A DNA stretch of 32,000 nucleotides, taken from contig NC_013926.1 in the NCBI RefSeq assembly GCF_000025665.1, positions 1,020,001 to 1,052,000 on the forward strand. Reading direction: 5' to 3'. Below the pieces are notes generated by a model. It was not told the DNA's origin and made no database searches. It saw only the letters and a program-made list of their open reading frames with translations. The position numbers and the translations under genes are program-made. The DNA comes from Aciduliprofundum boonei T469 (GTDB lineage: Archaea > Thermoplasmatota > Thermoplasmata > Thermoplasmatales > Aciduliprofundaceae). This document shows, piece after piece, positions 1 through 6,343 of this stretch; the first letter of the stretch is position 1; every line of letters starts with the position of its first letter.

Positions 1-42
1 GGAAATGATTAAAATTCCCACAATGAGAGCTTTTGCCTTCAT
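1..42 (-). CDS. 5' end (14 codons, MKAKALIVGILIIS...) of a further hydrophobic/signal-peptide protein gene that continues past the left window edge. It is the next member of the pilin-like operon.
   Basis: An ATG (plus-strand cat at 40-42) lies 3 nt after the stop of the upstream gene. The N-terminus is hydrophobic and the frame stays open to the edge. It is too short to classify. Confidence 0.3.
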   Translation of the reverse strand, partial: MKAKALIVGILIIS

Positions 43-45
43 TTT

Positions 46-1008
46 CTACCACGCCCCTACCAGCCATCCCGCTATAATCCACATAGCACCCAATACCGCT
101 ATGGCAACGATTATCGTCCCCACGAATGCGTTTAGAGATTTCTCTTTCGCCTTCTTTTTCTTGTCTGGGTCGCTGGAAAAGTAATTCACCGCCACATTCA
201 CCCAGAGTATAGATATGATTATTCCTCCCGTGATGGATAGGAGTTCCTGCATTCTCTCCACTTCATACTCCACATAAGTTTGATTTACCGCTCCCGTGTG
301 CCCAAACCAGCCACCGAGTATGCCAAAGAAACCTCCTCCACCGTGCCACGATGAACCTCCTCCCCACCAACTTCCTCCTCCACCGCTCCAACTACCACCT
401 CCGCCACTCCATCCACCTCCTCCCCACCATCCGCCAGAACCACCAGAACTGCTCTGCTTGTTGTAGGTGATGTTTAGATATACCCAATCTATGTAGAAAT
501 GCCCACTTGCCCAACCGCTACTCCAACCAGCTTTTACCTCTACCCTCTTTCCTACATACTTCTTGACAAAGCTCGTTATGTTCATAGTTCCGATTTCCCA
601 CTTGCCCCTTGTTGTAGGGAAATATTGCTTCGTTCCCGATATGTCTAAATAAATTCTCAGGCTTTGAGAGTAAAGAGAATTGTAATACTTCATGCTCAAA
701 GTTGCGGATTTTATCAGGGTTGAGTTTATGTCTGGCAAGGTTAAGTATTGATAGATGTAGGCATAAGCATATTCTACACCCTCGCCATAGTGGCTATGCG
801 TCCAAAAATACGCCTCTCCATTTTGGAAAACACATCCCACATAATACCCTTGATAATCATGATATCTTGCTACACTCCAATTCCCACCACCGCTATCAAA
901 GCTCGGATTTTTTAGAAACTGCTCCGTCACGATTTTTGCATGTGCCCCTCCAACCACAAGCATTCCGATTAAGAGCAGGGAAATTAGCAGGGTTGTAATC
1001 CTTTTCAC
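46..1008 (-). CDS. Secreted fusion protein. It has a Sec signal peptide (..GGAHA|K), a ~160-aa beta-rich CBM/jelly-roll-like domain, a Gly/Trp/Ser linker and a C-terminal VirB2/TrbC-like pilin hairpin.
   Basis: 320-codon ORF. The GTG start overlaps the upstream stop (GTGA) and is preceded by GGGGGTGAT. The C-terminus has two hydrophobic helices flanking FSSDPDKKKKAKEK, and this region is conserved in four neighbouring genes. The N-domain starts with an EQFLKNPSF..W motif typical of CBM4/9-like modules. Confidence 0.65.
   Translation of the reverse strand: MKRITTLLISLLLIGMLVVGGAHAKIVTEQFLKNPSFDSGGGNWSVARYHDYQGYYVGCVFQNGEAYFWTHSHYGEGVEYAYAYIYQYLTLPDINSTLIKSATLSMKYYNSLYSQSLRIYLDISGTKQYFPTTRGKWEIGTMNITSFVKKYVGKRVEVKAGWSSGWASGHFYIDWVYLNITYNKQSSSGGSGGWWGGGGWSGGGGSWSGGGGSWWGGGSSWHGGGGFFGILGGWFGHTGAVNQTYVEYEVERMQELLSITGGIIISILWVNVAVNYFSSDPDKKKKAKEKSLNAFVGTIIVAIAVLGAMWIIAGWLVGAW
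292..453 (-). repeat. Low-complexity Gly/Trp/Ser linker coding repeat (SGGSGGWWGGGGWSGGGGSWSGGGGSWWGGGSSWHGGGG...)
   Basis: The plus strand shows cctcc/ccacc/ccaac reiterations. The translated GGW/GGS units were read directly from the sequence. Confidence 0.9.
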
Positions 1009-2033
1009 AATATCACCCCCACTATGTCAAACGCTCCTACTGCCCATCCCGCAAGGAGCCATATAGTTCCCAGCACCGCCATGGCGATTATGAGCGTTGC
1101 GAGGAGAGCTTTTAGAGCGTTCTCTTTTGCCCGTGATTTCCTATCGGGGTCATCGGAGAAGAAATCCAGCGCCTCTTTCACCCAGAGAACACTTATCACA
1201 GCACCGCCAACTATGGCTAATGCCCTCTGGATGTTCCCCACCACATACTCCACATAGGTTGCGTTCCCAGAGGTATTACCTGCAAACCAAACTCCTCCAC
1301 TTCCATGCCAAAATCCTCCTCCTCCACTCCAACCGCTACCGCTTCCCCACCAGCCACCAGAGCCACCTCCACTCCAAGAGCCACCATTGCCCCACCAACC
1401 TCCGCTACCGCTTGATGATACCTTATAAGTTATCGTGAGAGAAACATTGTAAAGGGTTGTTTCCACATACTTAAGCTTAGAACCACTTACTATGTGCAAA
1501 CCTGCTAAAACATACAAGGATTTTCCAGCATATTGCTTTACAATATCCGTTAAATTTGCTGTGTATATCTTCTCATAAGCCATACCAAGTTGGCTTTCCC
1601 ATCCCTCATTTGAAACATTGTATCCATCCTTTACAGCCACCCAAACATATTCCTTTGTACTAGAATCTTCATCGGCTTCATAATCTAACGAAAAAGTTGC
1701 GTTTATTATATCTCCATTCGGGATGTTAATCTTTTGCCAAATATAGCCATACCCTTCACCTAAAGTTGTCTCATCATCACTTCTCGCTTGAACCACATCA
1801 TACCATCGTCCTTTGTTGGAGTAATGGTATAAAAGCCAATCTATGCGCGAATCTCCCGCATGTGTATAAGTCCAATAAGCGCTATTGTTCGAAGATGTGA
1901 AGGTATTATCTTGAACTAATTGCTCCGTTTTTATGGTCTCTGCACTCACTTTTCCAGAGGATAAGAGTATGGATGTCAAGATTAGTACCACGAAAGATAG
2001 TGCCTTTCTAGATTTTCCTTTTCCAGATTTCAT
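1005..2033 (-). CDS. Secreted fusion protein, paralogue 2: signal peptide, beta-rich lectin-like domain, Gly/Trp/Ser linker and VirB2/TrbC-like pilin hairpin.
   Basis: The ORF runs to 2066, but the ATG at 2033 (MKSGKGKSRKALSFVV...) follows GGAGGTGAT with a 6-nt spacer and begins a signal peptide (..KVSA|E). The C-terminus reads YVEY..IQRALAIVGGAVISVLWVKEALDFFSDDPDRKSRAKENALKALLATLIIAMAVLGTIWLLAGW. Confidence 0.65.
   Translation of the reverse strand: MKSGKGKSRKALSFVVLILTSILLSSGKVSAETIKTEQLVQDNTFTSSNNSAYWTYTHAGDSRIDWLLYHYSNKGRWYDVVQARSDDETTLGEGYGYIWQKINIPNGDIINATFSLDYEADEDSSTKEYVWVAVKDGYNVSNEGWESQLGMAYEKIYTANLTDIVKQYAGKSLYVLAGLHIVSGSKLKYVETTLYNVSLTITYKVSSSGSGGWWGNGGSWSGGGSGGWWGSGSGWSGGGGFWHGSGGVWFAGNTSGNATYVEYVVGNIQRALAIVGGAVISVLWVKEALDFFSDDPDRKSRAKENALKALLATLIIAMAVLGTIWLLAGWAVGAFDIVGVIL
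1266..1418 (-). repeat. Gly/Trp/Ser linker coding repeat (SSSGSGGWWGNGGSWSGGGSGGWWGSGSGWSGGGGFWHGSGGVW...)
   Basis: Read directly from the translation of paralogue 2. Confidence 0.9.
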
Positions 2034-2956
2034 ATCACAATCACCTCCGAAGCTCCAACTACCCAACCAGCTATCATCCAGATTGCTCCCAAAACTGCCA
2101 ATGCGATTATTAGCGTCCCCACAATAGCAAGGAGCGTGTCATCCCTTAACCTCATCCTTTTATCAGGGTCTCTGGAAAAGTAATCCGTTCCCACTTTAAC
2201 CCACAATATCGCTATCAATCCCGTTCCAACTATCGCCATAACTCTCTGGATGTTCGCAGCAACGAATTCTACATAGGTTTGATTTCCCCCTCCTTTTCCA
2301 AACCACAATCCGCCACCGCCGAACCAAGTTCCTCCTCCGTGCCACCAATATCCTCCTCCACTAACACTACTATCATAAATAACCTCCAAACTCAGAGAGG
2401 TTATGTTCATCCTAAAACTATAATCCCCGTTGGAAGTATCGTAATCTATGTATGCCCCGAACTTGAAAGTCAATTTTTGCCCCGTGTAATTTGATAAAAA
2501 GCTCGTTATGTTAATATTAACATAAGCACTTCCTCCATTCGTGGCAGCCACGGGTGCCCACGAAACCTCTTTCCATAACCAAACACCCGTAGAATTAACA
2601 AATCCTACAACATACCTCATGTTTATTTGGTCTATGAAGTGTATCGTGATGGTAGCATTTTCGATTTCATAATTTGGAACTTGTATCTGTTGCGAAATGA
2701 GGGCATAAGAGGGGTCCGTGTCCGAGCATTGAGCATTAAAGTTTGAGTGGTAAAAGTAAGCATAGCCATCTCCCAACCTTATTACCCAACTATCTCCATA
2801 AGGGCCTCCTTTTTCCGTGTCCCAATATTCGTAATTATCACTTGCTTTGAAATCTGAATCTTGAATTAATTGAGAATTCACCAATTCTCCACTAACATAA
2901 GGAACTTGTGAAACGATTAATCCCAAGATAACCATTACCAGCACCATCTTTCTCAT
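2030..2956 (-). CDS. Secreted fusion protein, paralogue 3: signal peptide, beta-rich lectin-like domain, a shorter Gly/Trp linker and VirB2/TrbC-like pilin hairpin.
   Basis: The ORF runs to 3070, but the ATG at 2956 (MRKMVLVMVILGLIV..VSG|E) starts a signal peptide and overlaps the upstream stop as ATGA. The C-terminus reads NQTYVEF..ILWVKVGTDYFSRDPDKRMRLRDDTLLAIVGTLIIALAVLGAIWMIAGW. Confidence 0.65.
   Translation of the reverse strand: MRKMVLVMVILGLIVSQVPYVSGELVNSQLIQDSDFKASDNYEYWDTEKGGPYGDSWVIRLGDGYAYFYHSNFNAQCSDTDPSYALISQQIQVPNYEIENATITIHFIDQINMRYVVGFVNSTGVWLWKEVSWAPVAATNGGSAYVNINITSFLSNYTGQKLTFKFGAYIDYDTSNGDYSFRMNITSLSLEVIYDSSVSGGGYWWHGGGTWFGGGGLWFGKGGGNQTYVEFVAANIQRVMAIVGTGLIAILWVKVGTDYFSRDPDKRMRLRDDTLLAIVGTLIIALAVLGAIWMIAGWVVGASEVIVI
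2285..2371 (-). repeat. Gly/Trp linker coding repeat (SSVSGGGYWWHGGGTWFGGGGLWFGKGGG)
   Basis: Read directly from the translation of paralogue 3. Confidence 0.9.
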
Positions 2957-3201
2957 CCCACAGCCCCCGTTAGCCATCCTGCAATCATCCACAACGCACC
3001 CAATACTGCCAGAGCAATTATTAGCGTGGCAACCACAGCTAAGAAGGTACCATTTCCGTGCCAACTCCAATACGCAAGGTGCTTCGCAAAGGTGCTATCC
3101 CTAACTATGTCTTCGGTTTGTGGGCTACTGCCCTCTGCCGTTATAGAAACAAAAGAAAGAGAGAGAACGAAGAAAGCCAACAGAGAGGTTGCCTTTCTCA
3201 T
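2953..3201 (-). CDS. 82-aa internally deleted paralogue. It keeps the signal peptide, the first ~20 aa of the beta domain, a WSWHGNGT linker remnant and only the second pilin helix. It may be a decaying gene or a minor subunit.
   Basis: Sequence: MRKATSLLAFFVLSLSFVSITA|EGSSPQTEDIVRDSTFAK..YWSWHGNGT..LAVVATLIIALAVLGALWMIAGWLTGA. The ATG directly follows the upstream TAA, the SD is weak, and the stop overlaps the next start (ATGA). Confidence 0.5.
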   Translation of the reverse strand: MRKATSLLAFFVLSLSFVSITAEGSSPQTEDIVRDSTFAKHLAYWSWHGNGTFLAVVATLIIALAVLGALWMIAGWLTGAVG

Positions 3202-3684
3202 TTACAAAGCCCACACTAGTAAGCTGTTTGGTAGGATTATCTGGGTTGCGCCAACCATCCAGCCAGCGATTGCCCAGATGGCTCCGAACACAGCCATTGC
3301 TACGAGGATTGTTCCTACGAGTGCCTTGATTGCGTCTTCCTTTGCCATTGCCTTTCTCTGTGGGTCATCGCTGAAGAAATTGATTGCCACTTTAACCCAT
3401 AGGATTGCTATGATTATACCGCCGATTATTCCAAGCAGTACGAACAGCTTTTGAGTTATGTTCGATATGTATTGTGAGCCGTTCGCTGCCTGTGCTGCGT
3501 TGCTGGTTGTGGCGTCCACGACTGCATAGTAGATGTTGCCTTGCATTATGTCCTGAACATACTCTATGTTCATCGTGTTTATCACTTCGGCAGATACGAA
3601 TCCGCCGAGGGCAAGAGCCATCAGGAAGGTTGCCAATACCAAGCTCCTTACCTTGTTGTCCTTCTTCTTCTCAAGCTTCTCCAT
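3202..3684 (-). CDS. Minimal VirB2/TrbC-like pilin candidate: signal peptide, a short N-region and a two-helix hairpin. It is the likely core subunit.
   Basis: 160 aa, with GGAGGTGAT 6 nt upstream of the ATG. The signal peptide reads ..GGFVSA|E. The hairpin reads LFVLLGIIGGIIIAILWVKVAINFFSDDPQRKAMAKEDAIKALVGTILVAMAVFGAIWAIAGW. The helix / (S/D)DPxxKxxAK loop / helix pattern matches my recollection of T4SS pilin families. Confidence 0.65.
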   Translation of the reverse strand: MEKLEKKKDNKVRSLVLATFLMALALGGFVSAEVINTMNIEYVQDIMQGNIYYAVVDATTSNAAQAANGSQYISNITQKLFVLLGIIGGIIIAILWVKVAINFFSDDPQRKAMAKEDAIKALVGTILVAMAVFGAIWAIAGWMVGATQIILPNSLLVWAL

Positions 3685-3691
3685 TTCTACA

Positions 3692-5926
3692 TCACCTCCT
3701 TTTTAGCAGGTGCTTTTTCTTTCCTCCTTCTTCTCCCGACGGGGCTTCCTCTGTCTGCAAAGTTCCCTGCAATTTCTCTAATGGATAAACCCTGATTACC
3801 CCGTCCGTATCTACTCTCTCATTCACTAAATAGTGGTCTTTCGCAAAGTCCAGCATAACTCCTACTTCATCCTCAGTTATGCCCATCCTGTTGCTCACAT
3901 CCTTTATGACATCACCCCTTTTCGCTCCTTCATTCTCTCCTATGTATGCCATTATCTCGTCCAGCACGGCCCTCTCCTTCGGAGATAGGCTTTCCTCGCT
4001 CTCCCTCTTTCTCTTTTTCTTCTTTAACTGCCTCATCAAAACCACCACCGCTATGATAGCGAGGATAAGCATTAACATCGGATAGAGGAGAAGGTGCATG
4101 AATGGAGAACCCCTTACCTTCTCCCTCTGCGGTGGTGGTGGAATGCTGTATGATACCTGTATCACTCTTTCCTGTGTGTTCTGGACTTCATCTACTGCCA
4201 CGATTTTGAATTGGTAGTTTCCTTGCTTGTCTATCTTTATAGTCCAATGCGTAGAGTTGCCTTGGTTGTAGAGAACCCATTGATTTCCCTGTGCCACATA
4301 GATGAACACTTGTATCGGTGAAGCGTCCTTGACCGTGAAATTGATAGTTCCCGGTTTTATGAAGTGGTAAGAACCGAGCAATTCCAAAATCTCTGGTGGA
4401 GTGGTATCTATTCTAAACATTACTTCCTTTGTTATCGTCTTTCCACCCTTGAAAACTGCCTTGACATAGAAGGTATGGTTTCCATCCGCTAAACTCACTT
4501 GGTAAGATTCGTTCATCGTCTTGATGTATTGAGTGTTATCTACCTTGATTTCGTAATACTCCAGAGGCCCCGTGGATGTCCATTTAACCTTAACTACATT
4601 CGTGCCAAAGAGCGTGTTGTTCTCTGGAGAGGTTATGGTTAAAGTGGGTGGATGTGGCCTGTTGTAAATCGTGAAATTGTAATCATACATAGCCACATTG
4701 CCTATCTTATCACTTGCTATTATCGTCAATCTGTGTAGCCCGTTGAAATACCTTGTAGTGTTCCACTCGTAATCTATGGAATTTGTGCCGTTGGCAACGA
4801 AGTAATTGTCTATGTAGAGCTTGATTGAAGCCATGCCCGTGACATCGTCCGTTCCCTTGATTTTTATCTCCACATTACCGCTCAAAGTTCCGTTGCCAGA
4901 GGGCTTGGGAGAAAGGAGCTTTATCACGGGTGGAGTGTTATCCACGATGACATACACGCTCGCAGAGTTCTTGTTCCCTGCTTTATCATACACGATTACG
5001 CTTATCAGGTGCTTACCATCCGTGTAGTTTTCCGTGTTCCAAATGAATAGGTATGGATAATGATATGCGGTGTATGTGAGGTTTCCATCTATGAAGAATT
5101 GAACCTTTCCTATACCGCTAACATTGTCAGATACGGATACATTCAAGGTGGCTATTCCCTTGAGATAAAGATTGCTTATGATAGCCACGCTCGGTGGGTG
5201 GTTATCTACCAAGTAGGTGAATATGTAATTGGCTTCATTTCCCGCATTGTCCCACACTTGAACGGTTATGTTGTGATGTCCATCCCTATATTTCTCCGTG
5301 TCCCAGATGTACGGGAATGCGTAGAATGAGGATATTTCCGTTAGAGTGTGGTTATAAACCTTATCGTTGTCTATGTAAAGATTTACCTTCCATATTCCAG
5401 AGGATATGGAATAGAAGGGGTCCTTAACGGTTATGTTCAATTCCTGCACTCCTTTGAGAATGCCAGAGTTATTTACCTGTATGCTGGCAACGGGAACATG
5501 GTTATCCACATAGTAGGTTTTTGAGAGGGATACCTCCCCAGAGGGATAATGGGCTTCCACCTTTACGATGTGTGGCCCTTCTCCCGTGTAGAAGGTATCC
5601 CAAAAATAGTGGTAGGTGGTGTAAGTGTAATTCGTGCCGTTCTCATTCACGATGTTATCGCTCTGGTTGAATTGAGAGATGAATTGCCCATCCAGATAGA
5701 AGTCCGCATAGGTGAAATTGCCCGTGATATTGACATCCACGCTAACATTCCCGTGTATGAATGTGTAGTTGCCTATCGTGTGTGAAGAAGGTATGGTTAT
5801 GCTGATTTCTGGTGCTGGATTAGCTGCATGGCTGAAGTTCGCTATCGGAGCAAGGAGCAAGGCAAGTAAGGCAATGTAAAATAAAACGCCCCTCCTCCGA
5901 TGATCCTTGAACTCTTTTTGGCTCAT
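3692..5926 (-). CDS. Type I membrane glycoprotein. It has a signal peptide, about six Ig-like repeats, one TM helix and a ~113-aa cytoplasmic tail containing a winged-helix (MarR/TrmB-like) domain.
   Basis: 744 aa. Repeat boundaries are marked by VDNHVP / VDNHPP / VDNTPP / NRPHPP / DTTPP. I hand-counted about 25 N-x-S/T sequons. The TM helix is FMHLLLYPMLMLILAIIAVVVLM, followed by KKKKRKRE. The tail reads LSPKERAVLDEIMAYIGENEGAKRGDVIKDVSNRMGITEDEVGVMLDFAKDHYLV. Confidence 0.75.
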   Translation of the reverse strand: MSQKEFKDHRRRGVLFYIALLALLLAPIANFSHAANPAPEISITIPSSHTIGNYTFIHGNVSVDVNITGNFTYADFYLDGQFISQFNQSDNIVNENGTNYTYTTYHYFWDTFYTGEGPHIVKVEAHYPSGEVSLSKTYYVDNHVPVASIQVNNSGILKGVQELNITVKDPFYSISSGIWKVNLYIDNDKVYNHTLTEISSFYAFPYIWDTEKYRDGHHNITVQVWDNAGNEANYIFTYLVDNHPPSVAIISNLYLKGIATLNVSVSDNVSGIGKVQFFIDGNLTYTAYHYPYLFIWNTENYTDGKHLISVIVYDKAGNKNSASVYVIVDNTPPVIKLLSPKPSGNGTLSGNVEIKIKGTDDVTGMASIKLYIDNYFVANGTNSIDYEWNTTRYFNGLHRLTIIASDKIGNVAMYDYNFTIYNRPHPPTLTITSPENNTLFGTNVVKVKWTSTGPLEYYEIKVDNTQYIKTMNESYQVSLADGNHTFYVKAVFKGGKTITKEVMFRIDTTPPEILELLGSYHFIKPGTINFTVKDASPIQVFIYVAQGNQWVLYNQGNSTHWTIKIDKQGNYQFKIVAVDEVQNTQERVIQVSYSIPPPPQREKVRGSPFMHLLLYPMLMLILAIIAVVVLMRQLKKKKRKRESEESLSPKERAVLDEIMAYIGENEGAKRGDVIKDVSNRMGITEDEVGVMLDFAKDHYLVNERVDTDGVIRVYPLEKLQGTLQTEEAPSGEEGGKKKHLLKRR

Positions 5927-5951
5927 ACATCAATTGCTTATTTTCTTCTAC

Positions 5952-5960
5952 TATATAAAA
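5952..5960 (-). promoter_or_regulatory. TATA box (minus-strand TTTTATATA) for the surface-protein/pilin operon. The spacing implies a leaderless or near-leaderless mRNA.
   Basis: AACTTTTTATATA sits about 26-34 nt upstream of the ATG at 5926, and no SD lies in between. Confidence 0.5.
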
Positions 5961-6017
5961 AGTTGAAATTTTAAAATTGCATGGAGAGTAAGGAAAATAC
6001 TAATTCTCCTTTAAATC

Positions 6018-6024
6018 AAAAAAA
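6018..6024 (-). terminator. Oligo-T (T7) archaeal terminator candidate that ends the upstream four-gene operon.
   Basis: The minus strand reads CAATTTTTTTGATTT about 80 nt after the stop at 6104. It lies upstream of the next TATA box. Confidence 0.35.
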
Positions 6025-6103
6025 TTGACCCTCCCCATCTGTATCAATTCTGGACAAATTTAGGTAATTGAAGAAAAATGTCCTCCTCCATAAATATACA
6101 TGC

Positions 6104-6343
6104 TCACATCAGCACTAGAACCTCTAATTCTTTGTTCTCCAATTTCTTTTGTGTGGGATAGCAGCGACTTACTGCCCCTGCTATCATCAGCTTCTCCTTC
6201 TTTGTTAATCTCTCTCCTTTCACAGCTTCGGCAATCTTGTAGATATCCTCTAACTTTATTGTATCTCTCAGAGTTATATCATTCGTTATCCTCATAGCTT
6301 CCTCTATTATCCTCTTTATCTGGAATCTCTTCAACTCACGCAT
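6104..6343 (-). CDS. Hypothetical small protein (79 aa from the ATG; the ORF track starts at an upstream TTG at 6364).
   Basis: The ATG at 6343 is preceded by GAGG and overlaps the upstream stop (ATGCGTGA). The product is charged and helical, and I recognise no family. Confidence 0.5.
   Translation of the reverse strand: MRELKRFQIKRIIEEAMRITNDITLRDTIKLEDIYKIAEAVKGERLTKKEKLMIAGAVSRCYPTQKKLENKELEVLVLM

Noticed and set aside
2034-3070. Long N-terminal extensions of two track ORFs (MGSWSFGGDCD... to 2066; MELARKWYLLSCGCHANNC... to 3070).
   Set aside because: The internal ATGs at 2033 and 2956 begin proper signal peptides. The ATG at 2033 follows a consensus GGAGGTGAT, and the ATG at 2956 is coupled to the upstream stop as ATGA. 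The extensions only read through the 3' end of the preceding gene in another frame.
702-3795. Plus-strand ORFs antisense to the pilin-like genes (for example 702-998, 1024-1257, 1097-1438, 2279-2494, 3026-3454, 3474-3788).
   Set aside because: These are shadow frames of strongly supported minus-strand genes. Their Pro/Ser/His/Leu-rich low-complexity translations are simply the antisense of Gly/Trp/hydrophobic codons.
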